A DNA stretch of 43,107 nt from Acidimicrobiia bacterium (lineage in GTDB: Bacteria > Actinomycetota > Acidimicrobiia > Spongiisociales > JAHEDJ01), in NCBI GenBank assembly GCA_029210695.1, contig JARGFH010000007.1, positions 62,001-105,107 of the forward strand. The letters run 5' to 3'. A program made the position numbers and the translations under genes. This document shows positions 18,399 through 27,402 of the stretch, in pieces. The first letter of the stretch is position 1. Every line of letters begins with the position of its first letter. Below the pieces are notes generated by a model. The model ran no database searches. It was given only the letters and a program-made list of their open reading frames with translations, and had not been told where the DNA came from.

Positions 18399-19268
18399 AT
18401 GAGCGTAGCTCCGGGCGAGTTTGCCTGGCCGGCCGGGTACCGTTCGGCCGTCGCGCTGACGTTCGATCTTGATGCCGAGTCGGTCGTGCTGGCGGTTGAT
18501 CGGTCGTATGCCTCCCGCCCTTCGGTGATGACGCATCAAGCATACGGACCTTTGACTGGACTACCGCGGTTGCTCGAGGTGCTTGGTGGGGAGGCGTTGC
18601 ATGCCACGTTCTTCATTCCCGGGTTCACGGCCGACCGATATCCCGGCGCCGTTGCCGCGGTCCTCGAGGCAGGACACGAGGTGGCTCATCACGGGTATCT
18701 GCACCGTCCACCTGCACATCTTCTCGTGGAAGAGGAGCGAGCGGAGCTGGAGCGTGGGCTCGAGGCTCTTGGGAAACACGGGGTGCGGCCCGCCGGGTTC
18801 CGTGCGCCCTGGTGGGAGACGTCTGCCGACACACTCGGCCTGCTGGCGGAGTTCGGATTCGAATACGATGCCAGCCTGTTTGATCGCGATACCCCCTACC
18901 CGGTGGCGACGGATCAGGGCGTGATCGTGGAGATACCGCAGTCGTGGGCATTCGACGATTGGGAACGATATGCCTATCTGCCGGACCCTCCGGCCGGTCA
19001 AGGGGTGATCGAGCGTCCCTCCGACGTCATGGAAACCTGGTGGCAAGACATCTTGGCCTACCGGGAGTACGGCGGTTGCGCCGTCCCGGTGATGCACCCC
19101 TTTCTGTCGGGGCGACCGGCCCGGGCGCTGGCGCTGGCAGGGTTGCTTGAACGCCTGGCTTCACTGCCGGATGTGTGGGTGACCACGTTGGGGGAGATTG
19201 CCTCTCACACTTCCGACCTGGGGATGGAGGCCGCCCCGCTCGATCTTCCTGACCTCGACGGCGTCTGA
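18399..19268 (+). CDS. Polysaccharide deacetylase/PuuE-like (CE4) metal-dependent hydrolase
   Basis: LTFDLDAE, YG, ATFFIPG, EVAHHGYLH, GFRAPWW, YDAS, MHPFLSGRP. Start at 18375 or 18399. Confidence 0.85.
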   Translation: MSVAPGEFAWPAGYRSAVALTFDLDAESVVLAVDRSYASRPSVMTHQAYGPLTGLPRLLEVLGGEALHATFFIPGFTADRYPGAVAAVLEAGHEVAHHGYLHRPPAHLLVEEERAELERGLEALGKHGVRPAGFRAPWWETSADTLGLLAEFGFEYDASLFDRDTPYPVATDQGVIVEIPQSWAFDDWERYAYLPDPPAGQGVIERPSDVMETWWQDILAYREYGGCAVPVMHPFLSGRPARALALAGLLERLASLPDVWVTTLGEIASHTSDLGMEAAPLDLPDLDGV

Positions 19269-19271
19269 CCG

Positions 19272-20327
19272 CTACGACTCGAGGAGCACGAAGTCGTCGA
19301 GGTCGGCGCTGACACGCACTATCTGATCGACGGCCAGAGCCGGTTTGGCGGGCGAGTTGAGGATCAGTTCCGCATGTCCCAGCGCAATTCTGCACCGCTG
19401 GTGAGCCCCGATGAAGTGGCGGTCGACGACCCGGCCCTCTCCGAGCTGAAATCCTCCCGTTTCGTCTGCCCGGAGGTGCTCGGGACGAATCGCCAGCGTG
19501 ACCGAAGCGTCCCGGCTTGCCCGGCCGGGCACCGAGAACGTCCCGAACGCGGTTCCCACCTCGACCGTTCCGCCGGCGGTGTCCCTCACCGTTCCATCGA
19601 CCAGGTTGCTGTCACCCATGAACGTTGCGGCGAAGCGTGTTGATGGGCGGAGGTACAGGCGGTCCGGGGGTCCGTGATCTTCGATCCGGCCGTCGCGGAG
19701 CACCACGATGGTGTCTGCAAGACTCATGGCCTCCTCTTGATCGTGGGTCACGTGGACGAAGGTGGTTCCTAGCCGTCTCTGGATTTCGCTCAGCTCATCC
19801 TGCATCTGACGTCGGAGCTTGAGGTCGAGGGCGCCCAATGGTTCATCGAGAAGCAACACCCGGGGTTCGATGACCACCGCCCGGCCGAGTGCGATTCGTT
19901 GTCGCTGTCCGCCGGACAGTGAGGCGATATGGCGATCGCCGATGCCTGGTAGACCGACCAGCTCCAGAGCAGTTTCAACGCGCCGGCGGCGTTCGTCACC
20001 CTTTATGCCATGCATGGCGAGGCCGAAGCCGATGTTCTTGGCGACGGTCATGTGCGGGAACAGGGCGTAGTCCTGAAAGACCGTGGTGGTGGGTCGCCGG
20101 ACCGGCGGGAGGTCGGTCACATCGCTGTCGTCGATGTGTATACGCCCCTCCGTGGGCTCCGTGAAGCCGCCCAGAATGCTCAGCAGCGTCGTCTTGCCGC
20201 TGCCGGACGGACCCAGGATGACCACATAGGAACCCGGCTCAACCACGAGATTCACGTCATCGAGCGCGGCGGTATCACCGTAGCGCTTCGTGACACCGTC
20301 GATAGTGAGCCGTGCGCCGCGCGTCAT
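19272..20327 (-). CDS. PotA-like ABC transporter ATP-binding protein
   Basis: GPSGSGKT, VFQDYALFPH, LSGGQRQR, LLLDEPL, C-terminal TOBE region (IRPEH). Confidence 0.93.
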   Translation of the reverse strand: MTRGARLTIDGVTKRYGDTAALDDVNLVVEPGSYVVILGPSGSGKTTLLSILGGFTEPTEGRIHIDDSDVTDLPPVRRPTTTVFQDYALFPHMTVAKNIGFGLAMHGIKGDERRRRVETALELVGLPGIGDRHIASLSGGQRQRIALGRAVVIEPRVLLLDEPLGALDLKLRRQMQDELSEIQRRLGTTFVHVTHDQEEAMSLADTIVVLRDGRIEDHGPPDRLYLRPSTRFAATFMGDSNLVDGTVRDTAGGTVEVGTAFGTFSVPGRASRDASVTLAIRPEHLRADETGGFQLGEGRVVDRHFIGAHQRCRIALGHAELILNSPAKPALAVDQIVRVSADLDDFVLLES

Positions 20328-21112
20328 CGCTGTTTCTCCAGTCTTCGTCTGATGAGGGCATAGGTGATGATGAGCATGCCGATCGACAGGGCGAACACGA
20401 TCGTGCCTGCTGCGTTGGTCTTTGGATTGAGCCCGGTCCGCAGGGCCGACCAGATCTCAACCGGGAGCGTCACATCGAACCGGGTGAGCAGTAGAGCGAT
20501 GACGAACTCGTCCCAGGAAAGCGTGAAGGACAGCAGGAAGGCAGCGAGCAACCCGGGCGCGAGCAATGGGACGGCTACTAGCGCGAGAACCCGTGACTCC
20601 CGGGCCCCGAGATCACGGGCGGCCTGCTCGAAGCGCGCTTGTTGCTCGTTCATCTGACTCAGGATGATGGCGAAGGCGAGGGGAAGATTGATCACCACAT
20701 GGCCGATCGTGACCGTGATCAGCGATCTCCCGATTGCGAGCTCGCTGAAGGCGAGGGACAGGCCGAGTCCTATGACGAGATAGGAGACACCGAGAGGTGC
20801 AATCAAGAACGCCCGGAGTGCCTGGACTCCTTTGGGACGGAATCTGGCCAGGCCGTAGGCAGCGAGGAACCCGAGCACTGTGCAGATCAATGCTGAGGTT
20901 ATGGCGACCAGCGCCGAGTTGCGCAACGCCGCCATCATCCGCCCATCGGCGAACAAGGCCTCATACCAGCGCAAGGACAGGCCGCGGAGTGGAGGAACGG
21001 CTAACGCCCCGTCCTGGAAGGAGAAGAGCACGAGTGCCAGCACGGGCAGAAGGATGAAACCGAATACGGCAGCGAGGTATGAGTAGCGGATCACACCGCC
21101 GATCCGTTTCAT
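20324..21112 (-). CDS. PotC-like ABC permease
   Basis: Hydrophobic; EAA-like loop EQAARDLGA; FTLSWDEF. Confidence 0.9.
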   Translation of the reverse strand: MKRIGGVIRYSYLAAVFGFILLPVLALVLFSFQDGALAVPPLRGLSLRWYEALFADGRMMAALRNSALVAITSALICTVLGFLAAYGLARFRPKGVQALRAFLIAPLGVSYLVIGLGLSLAFSELAIGRSLITVTIGHVVINLPLAFAIILSQMNEQQARFEQAARDLGARESRVLALVAVPLLAPGLLAAFLLSFTLSWDEFVIALLLTRFDVTLPVEIWSALRTGLNPKTNAAGTIVFALSIGMLIITYALIRRRLEKQR

Positions 21113-21984
21113 TCCTGCTCCAGCGTGAGCCGCTTGGCCGAGGCGGCATAGACCACGATGACGACAACGAGGAGAACAACGCTGAGCGCCGCAGCCAGCG
21201 GAAAGTCTCCCCGCCGCTGCACCTGGAGCATGATCGCCTGGGGGAGCAGCAGCTCCTGGCCACCACCGAGGATCTGCGGAGTGATGAAGTCACCGATGGC
21301 GAGGACGAAGGTGAGGAAGGCACCGACGACAACACCGGGCATGCTGAGCGGGAGCGTCACCCGAAGGAAAGTCAAGAAAGACGAGGCGCCGAGGTCCCTC
21401 GCTGCCTTCCGGTACGACTCGGGTATCTGGGTCAGGCTGGCATAGATCGTGAGGGAGGTGAGCATCGTGAAGAAGTGCACGAATCCGACCACGGTTGCCA
21501 GCCGTGTGTTGGACAGTGTGATCGGCGACGAGATCAATCCGGTGGATGTCATCAGTTCGTTGACGACACCGTTCTTGCCCAGAACCAACAGCCAGCTGTA
21601 AGAGCGGACCACGTAGGAGGTCCAGAACGGGAGCACGGCGAGCAGCAGGAGCGGGCGTTGCCAGCGCGGAGGCACGCGATACGCCAGGATGTAGGCGAAC
21701 GGATAGGCCACGAGAATGCTGAAAACGACTGTGATGGCCACGACCTCGAGCGAATTCCGCAACGCGTCGAAGAACACCGGTTCGTCGATGATCCTCCGGT
21801 AGTTGTACAAGCTGGGCGAAGTGTCGATCGTGCCGCCGACTCTTCGAAAGAGGCTGTAGGCGACCACCAACCCCATCGGAGCGAGGAAGAAGAGACTCGT
21901 CCAGAGAAGGGCTGGACCCGCCAGGGTCCAACCCTTCCTCGAAGATGTCTGGGCTGCCGTCAACCCTGCAGGAACCTTGTCCAC
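21109..21984 (-). CDS. PotB-like ABC permease
   Basis: AYPFAY, LPFWTSYVVRSYSW, AARDLGA, TLPLSMPG. Confidence 0.9.
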   Translation of the reverse strand: MDKVPAGLTAAQTSSRKGWTLAGPALLWTSLFFLAPMGLVVAYSLFRRVGGTIDTSPSLYNYRRIIDEPVFFDALRNSLEVVAITVVFSILVAYPFAYILAYRVPPRWQRPLLLLAVLPFWTSYVVRSYSWLLVLGKNGVVNELMTSTGLISSPITLSNTRLATVVGFVHFFTMLTSLTIYASLTQIPESYRKAARDLGASSFLTFLRVTLPLSMPGVVVGAFLTFVLAIGDFITPQILGGGQELLLPQAIMLQVQRRGDFPLAAALSVVLLVVVIVVYAASAKRLTLEQE

Positions 21985-23063
21985 ACGTCGAGCATGGCCG
22001 CGTCGAGGTCGGCGTCCGGGATGAAGTACGGGTACGAGTTACCGACGAACCCCTCCTGTTCGTCCCAGCGGAGGATCTTCTTTTCGGCGTCGCTCAGCGT
22101 GGCTTTTGAGTTGGCCGGCATCGCCCAGTAACACGAGGAGGTAGCCAGACGTGCCTGGCCCTCCGGGCTCACGATGTACTGAACGAACTTGGTGGCCAGG
22201 TCCTTCTTCTCCGAATCTGCGAACACCCCGATAGCTTGCTGCCAGCGGATTCCGCCTTGATTCGGGAGGATCCAGTCGAACGCCGGGTTCTCGGCGTTGA
22301 GGACGCCCGTCACGAACTCGCCGCCGCCGACGATGATGTCGACTTCTCCGGTGGCGAGTGCGGTCTGCGTGGTGACCACATCTCCGATCAAAGCGACATG
22401 CGGCTTGAGGTCCATCAAGCGTTGCTCGATGGCCGGGAGGTCGTCGACGGTCAGGTCGGCAGGCTTGATGCCGAGGCTGATTGCTACCTGCTCCATCACC
22501 GGTATGTAGTAGTCGTACACGGCGATCCGCCCGTCGTACTCCGGATCCCACAGCGATTCGACGTCGCGCATGGCGTCCACCGAGACGTTGTCGCCGTTGA
22601 AGGCGATCGTGTTGTAGCCGAACTTCTCAGGCACTGCGTAGAGCTTGTCGTTCTGGTAGTGCGTTCCGGGTAGATCGACGTCGGCGAAGAAATCATCCCA
22701 CGGATAATCATCCGGGTTCAGCTCGGCGAGCAACCCGGCATCGACAATCCGCGGGACGTCCACCGAATCGACCACGAACACATCCCATTCACCGGGCTGT
22801 GACTGCTCAATGAGCCCCAATGCAACTCCGGTGCCGTCGTAGTCTTTGACGTTGACCGTGACGTTGTTGGCCTCCTCGAAGGGCTGGAGCAACGCCGGAT
22901 CGGTGTGATCACACCACACCAGGGCGTTCAGCTCCGTGGGTGTGTCGCCGGATACCGCACCGCCCTCGGTGGTGTCGGATTCTGCATCGCCGCAGGCGGA
23001 AGCAATGAGTGCGAAGGCGAGGAGTGCTCCGATCAACTGAAGGATCCTGTTGCGTGAATTCAT
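21960..23063 (-). CDS. PotD/PotF-like substrate-binding lipoprotein
   Basis: ATG at 23063 with AGGAG RBS; lipobox IASAC; FEEANNVTV, LWDPEYDGRI, SPEGQA. Confidence 0.88.
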   Translation of the reverse strand: MNSRNRILQLIGALLAFALIASACGDAESDTTEGGAVSGDTPTELNALVWCDHTDPALLQPFEEANNVTVNVKDYDGTGVALGLIEQSQPGEWDVFVVDSVDVPRIVDAGLLAELNPDDYPWDDFFADVDLPGTHYQNDKLYAVPEKFGYNTIAFNGDNVSVDAMRDVESLWDPEYDGRIAVYDYYIPVMEQVAISLGIKPADLTVDDLPAIEQRLMDLKPHVALIGDVVTTQTALATGEVDIIVGGGEFVTGVLNAENPAFDWILPNQGGIRWQQAIGVFADSEKKDLATKFVQYIVSPEGQARLATSSCYWAMPANSKATLSDAEKKILRWDEQEGFVGNSYPYFIPDADLDAAMLDVWTRFLQG

Positions 23064-23099
23064 CTTCTCTTTCTCCTGATGGGAATTGGGCTGTGAGCT

Positions 23100-23115
23100 C
23101 CTATCGGTCGATAGG
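23100..23115. promoter_or_regulatory. Palindromic operator, site 2
   Basis: CCTATC-ggtc-GATAGG between the divergent SBP and agmatinase genes. Confidence 0.8.
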
Positions 23116-23243
23116 TTAGCGGGTGCATGATTCGGCCGGTTTCTTGCAGCGAGCGGATGGCTGCCGCCCCGGACATCGGTTGGTATTCTCCGGCCGGGCC
23201 GGTGGCGACCGGCACCCGCAATTCTAAAGCTTGGAGGCACGGC

Positions 23244-24227
23244 GTGAATCCCGGAACACCCTTTGACGCCAGCCGTGTTCACGCCTTTTCTTCCGGTTCT
23301 ACGTTTGCGGGTGTTCCGGCTGCGACTCTCGAGGACCTCCAGGGAGCACGCGCCGTGATCGTTGGTGCTCCGTTCGACTGGGGCACGTCATATCGTCCCG
23401 GCACGAGGTTCGGGCCCAAAGCCATTCGGGAGAGTGACTACCTTGCCGCCGATGCCTATCGGCCTCATCTGCCGACCGGCCTCAACGCCCTCGAGGGGGT
23501 GGTCGACATCGGAGATATCGAGCTTCGTCCGGGAGACATCGAGGGTGATCTCGATCGGATCGCCGCCACAATCGAACGGATCAGCGGGGACGGATCCATT
23601 CCCATCGTGCTGGGTGGCGATCACACCATCACATATGCCAACGCCACCGGCGTGGCCAGGACATACGGTTTTGGGGAGGTAGCGCTGGTTCACTTTGACG
23701 CCCACGCTGATACCGGAGAGACGACCGGCTATGGATCCCTCTACGGTCATGGAACACCGATGCGCCGGCTGATCGAGTCGGGTGCAGTACCCGGAAGCAG
23801 GTTCGTCCAGATCGGCCTACGCGGGTACTGGCCGGGCCCGGACACGGTTGCCTGGATGCGGGAACAGGGATTGCGCGGCTACCTGATGACCGAGATCGAG
23901 GATCGGGGATTGAAGTCGGTCGTCGACGAGGCGGTCGCGCACGCCGGCGACGGCGCCGACGCAGTGTTCCTGTCCGTCGACATCGATGTTGTCGATCCGG
24001 GCATGGCGCCGGGTACGGGCACCCCGGAGCCGGGCGGTCTCACCTCGAGGCAGATCCTCGACACGGTGCGGAGGATGTCTCGTGAGCTGCGCATCGTCGG
24101 AGCCGACATCGTCGAAGTCTCACCGCCCTACGACGGACCGGGCGCCATCACGTCGTTTCTCGCCAACCGAATCGTCATGGAGGTCCTCAACGGCCTGGCC
24201 GAGCGAGCTGCCGGCGTGAGTTCATAG
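23244..24227 (+). CDS. Agmatinase/guanidinobutyrase-type ureohydrolase
   Basis: RPGTRFGP, GGDHTIT, HFDAHADT, HGTPMRR, SVDIDVVDP, GTGTPEPGG, EVSPPYD. GTG at 23244 after GGAGG. Confidence 0.9.
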   Translation: MNPGTPFDASRVHAFSSGSTFAGVPAATLEDLQGARAVIVGAPFDWGTSYRPGTRFGPKAIRESDYLAADAYRPHLPTGLNALEGVVDIGDIELRPGDIEGDLDRIAATIERISGDGSIPIVLGGDHTITYANATGVARTYGFGEVALVHFDAHADTGETTGYGSLYGHGTPMRRLIESGAVPGSRFVQIGLRGYWPGPDTVAWMREQGLRGYLMTEIEDRGLKSVVDEAVAHAGDGADAVFLSVDIDVVDPGMAPGTGTPEPGGLTSRQILDTVRRMSRELRIVGADIVEVSPPYDGPGAITSFLANRIVMEVLNGLAERAAGVSS

Positions 24228-24267
24228 CCGGTCGGATGGCATTGTGTTACGGCGGAATCTTCGGTAG

Positions 24268-24283
24268 CCTATCGATTGATAGC
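24268..24283. promoter_or_regulatory. Palindromic operator, site 3
   Basis: CCTATC-gatt-GATAGC upstream of TetR gene 1. Confidence 0.75.
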
Positions 24284-24341
24284 CTCGATCGGGCATTCCC
24301 TCGGCTGCTGCTGCAGCTTCACCCTCACACCGAGAGACGGC

Positions 24342-24977
24342 ATGACCGGACCTGAACTCGAATCCGAAGAGCTTCCGACCAGGGAGCGCATTCTGCGCGA
24401 GGCTTCGAGGTTGTTCGGCAAGAAGGGGTATCACGGGACCTCAACCCGCAAGATCGCGGAGGCTGTGGATATCCGCCAACCGTCGCTCTTCCATCACTTC
24501 GCCTCCAAGGACGCCATCATGGCTGAGCTGATCGATATCGATCTCGACGAGGCGGCGAGGGTAGCGCAGGCCCAAGCGTCGGCCGGCGGGTCCGCCGCAC
24601 TCCGGCTCTACAGGTATCTGATCTGGGACATCTCCTTCATCTGCCGGTGTGCGTACGACCTGTCCGCCGTCGAGTCGGTGCTCGACGATCCCGCTTTCTC
24701 AGACAAGCGGGCGCGCCACCAAACGCTCGTCGACGCCAGGCGGTCGTTGATCGAGGAGGCGATCGACTCGGGAGAATTCGTGAAGGTGGATCCCGAGGTG
24801 GCCGAGAGGGCCATCGCCTGGATCCTGAGGGGCGACATCAACGATACGGCCGGACAAACCATCCCCGATGCGGACGTCGTCGCCGACCAGCTCGCTTCGT
24901 TCGTTCTGCGGGCACTCCTGTCCGATCCGTCGCAACTCGACGAGATCAGATCCGCAGCCGGAGAAGATTTCGCGTGA
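24342..24977 (+). CDS. TetR family regulator, AmtR-like (copy 1)
   Basis: HTH TRERILREASRLF...TSTRKIAEAVDIRQPSLFHHFASK resembles the AmtR recognition helix (IADAVGIRQASLYYHF, from memory). Confidence 0.9.
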   Translation: MTGPELESEELPTRERILREASRLFGKKGYHGTSTRKIAEAVDIRQPSLFHHFASKDAIMAELIDIDLDEAARVAQAQASAGGSAALRLYRYLIWDISFICRCAYDLSAVESVLDDPAFSDKRARHQTLVDARRSLIEEAIDSGEFVKVDPEVAERAIAWILRGDINDTAGQTIPDADVVADQLASFVLRALLSDPSQLDEIRSAAGEDFA

Positions 24978-25007
24978 GAACGTAGCGACTGGACGGAGTG
25001 CCTCGGA

Positions 25008-26687
25008 TCAAGCGAAGTGGTACCGCTGCCCGAGGGGGACTTCCGTGACCGGCGCCAGCCGGGCCGGGCGGCCTTCGATCAGCACCGGACCGTCGTCATC
25101 AGGAACCTCGACCTTCGGTACGGAGTTGTTGGCCACCATTTGCGCCCGGGTCAGCCGGCGCGTGTTGCGGACGGCCTCCACGTGGCGGCCGGGGAGACCA
25201 TCAGAGATGCCGGCTACTGCTGCTGCTTGCGAAACGAACACGGTCGCCAGCCTTCCTGGAGCATCGCCCAGTCCGCCGAACATCGGTCCGTACATCCTGG
25301 GCTGGCCGCGACGGATCGAGGAGCTGCCATCACCGGAGGCACCCCAGGCGATGAAACCTCGCTTCACCACCATTTCTGGTTTCGTGCCGAAGAACTCAGG
25401 ACGCCAGAGAACGAGGTCGGCGAGCTTGCCGGGTTCCAGGGAGCCAACCTGCGAGCTCAATCCATGGGTGATGGCAGGGTTGATCGTGTATTTGGCCAGA
25501 TAGCGGCGAACCCGCTCGTTCTGCTGTCCCTCGGCGGCGACTTCCCGCCCCATCACATCGGCGAGCTGCCAGGTGCGGCGAATCACTTCGCCACCTCGTC
25601 CCATTCCGAGCGAGTCCGAATTGATGATGCTGATGGCTCCCTGCTCGTGAAGCCAGCTCTCGGCCTCCATCGTGCGCGCCCTGACTCGTGATCTCGTGGC
25701 GGCGACATCGGAAGCCACTGCGGCGTTCTGGTGGTGGACGATCATGGCCATAGGGACGATCTCGTCGAGGGCGTTGACTCCGAACGGCACGGTTGGCGTG
25801 GTGGAGGAAGCGAGAACATGAGGTTGCGAGACCAATTCGATCGAGTTGGGCACATGCCCGCCGCCGGAGCCCTCCACGTGATATGCGTGCACCGTTCGAC
25901 CATCGAGGGCATCCAGACTATCGGCGAGCGAACCCGACTCGTTGAGCGAATCTGTGTGCATGGCGACGGCTACGTCGAACTCCTCCGCCACCGTCAAGCA
26001 ACAATCAACAATGGACGGAGATCCTCCGAAGTCCTCGTGGATCTTCAGCCCGGATGCTCCTGCGCTCAGTGCCTGCTCGAGGGCCGATGGGTCGTAGGCC
26101 CCTCGCGCCAGGAACGCTACGTTGAGCGGAATCGCTCGCCAGGCCTCTAGCATTCCCTGGAGGTGGGCACGTGGATTGACGCCGACGTCCCACACGCCTC
26201 CCGACCCCATGCCCACGATCGTCGTGATACCCGAGCCGAGCAACACGGGGAGCACGGCCGGAGACGAGAGGTGCACGTGCGAGTCGACTCCCCCAGGAGT
26301 AGCGATCATCCCCTCGCCGGGTAGCAGGCTGGTGTGGGGTCCGATGACCAGGTCGACATTGTCCATCACGTCCGGATTTCCGGCCCGACCGATTCCGACG
26401 ATCCGCCCATCCTTGATCCCGATGTTCCCTTTGAAGACGCCGAGGAGAGGATCCATGATCACCACGTTGCTAATCACGAGATCCAGCATCGAGGCGGAGC
26501 CCGGCCGACTCTGCACGAGCATCCCGGCCTGTGTCGTCTTCCCGCATCCAGCGAGAACCTCGTCGCCGTAGGAAGTCTCATCCCTTTCGATCTCCACGAG
26601 GATCGAGGTATCGCCGAGGCGAATCCGGTCTCCGACGGTGGGACCGTACAGCGTCCCATACAACTCCCGGTCGACTTCACCGGGCAT
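25008..26687 (-). CDS. ureC: Urease alpha subunit-like protein, divergent
   Basis: YGPTVGDRIRLGDT, DSHVH, GLKIHED, HTDSLNE, HAYHVEGSGGGH, SD..MGR, KYTINPAITHG, GKLADLV. Confidence 0.85.
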   Translation of the reverse strand: MPGEVDRELYGTLYGPTVGDRIRLGDTSILVEIERDETSYGDEVLAGCGKTTQAGMLVQSRPGSASMLDLVISNVVIMDPLLGVFKGNIGIKDGRIVGIGRAGNPDVMDNVDLVIGPHTSLLPGEGMIATPGGVDSHVHLSSPAVLPVLLGSGITTIVGMGSGGVWDVGVNPRAHLQGMLEAWRAIPLNVAFLARGAYDPSALEQALSAGASGLKIHEDFGGSPSIVDCCLTVAEEFDVAVAMHTDSLNESGSLADSLDALDGRTVHAYHVEGSGGGHVPNSIELVSQPHVLASSTTPTVPFGVNALDEIVPMAMIVHHQNAAVASDVAATRSRVRARTMEAESWLHEQGAISIINSDSLGMGRGGEVIRRTWQLADVMGREVAAEGQQNERVRRYLAKYTINPAITHGLSSQVGSLEPGKLADLVLWRPEFFGTKPEMVVKRGFIAWGASGDGSSSIRRGQPRMYGPMFGGLGDAPGRLATVFVSQAAAVAGISDGLPGRHVEAVRNTRRLTRAQMVANNSVPKVEVPDDDGPVLIEGRPARLAPVTEVPLGQRYHFA

Positions 26688-27384
26688 CGCTCTGCTCCTC
26701 GTGGGCGTATCCTCGGCGAATCGCACTTGCGACCGTCTCGTCTATGTCGACCTCATCGAGTGGGCCGTCGACCAGACCACCGAATCCCCAGACTTCCCGA
26801 TTGCCACCGAGTGGAATCAGGCTGACTTCTTTGCGTTCATGTGGCTCCCATCTCACGGCCGTTCCGGCCGGAATGTCTAGGCGCCTGCCGAGCGCCGCCC
26901 TCCGGTCGAAGTTGAGACTCCGGTTGGCCTCGGAGAAGTGGAAGTGCGAAGTTACTTCGATCGGTGTACTCGACTGGTTCTCAACGATGACTGCGAGCGG
27001 GGTCCGTCCGGCATTGATCAATACCGGCTCGGTTCCCGGGATGACCTGGCCCGGGACGTCACGATCGTCACGGGCTAGGGCAGGCCCGAAGGGATACTCG
27101 ACTACCACGAGCGCTGTGCCGCTCGGGAAGAGCGCGTCGATCTCAATCCTGCCAACGATCTCCTGGACGCCCTCCATTACGTCTTGGCGGCCCAACACCG
27201 TTTCGGCTCGGGCAACGACCTCCCGGAGAGGCAGCCCGTCCCACGCCATTTCGAGGATCTCGTCACAGATAACGGCGACGGCCTCGGGGGCGTTCAGCTT
27301 TCGGCCTCTGTCGCGTCGTCGCCGTGCCAGTTCGGCCAGGGTGAAGATGGTCAGACGATTGCGTTCCTTGGCGGTCAAGCGCAT
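26677..27384 (-). CDS. ureAB: Fused urease gamma/beta subunit
   Basis: MRLTAKE..., RGRKLNAPEA, ALFPSGT (gamma); SHFHFSEAN, RRLDIPAGTAVRWEP, GFGGLVDG (beta). Confidence 0.9.
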   Translation of the reverse strand: MRLTAKERNRLTIFTLAELARRRRDRGRKLNAPEAVAVICDEILEMAWDGLPLREVVARAETVLGRQDVMEGVQEIVGRIEIDALFPSGTALVVVEYPFGPALARDDRDVPGQVIPGTEPVLINAGRTPLAVIVENQSSTPIEVTSHFHFSEANRSLNFDRRAALGRRLDIPAGTAVRWEPHERKEVSLIPLGGNREVWGFGGLVDGPLDEVDIDETVASAIRRGYAHEEQSDAR

Positions 27385-27402
27385 GAGTGGAGTCCCTTCT
27401 CG

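Noticed and set aside
23116..23243. Possible riboswitch upstream of the ureohydrolase
   Set aside because: Only generic GC-rich hairpins; no recognisable aptamer consensus.
23244..24227. Ni-dependent guanidine hydrolase (GdmH) assignment
   Set aside because: It has canonical DAHAD and GTGTPEPGG rather than the DRH and WPE variants I recall for GdmH, and there are no hypA/hypB-like neighbours.
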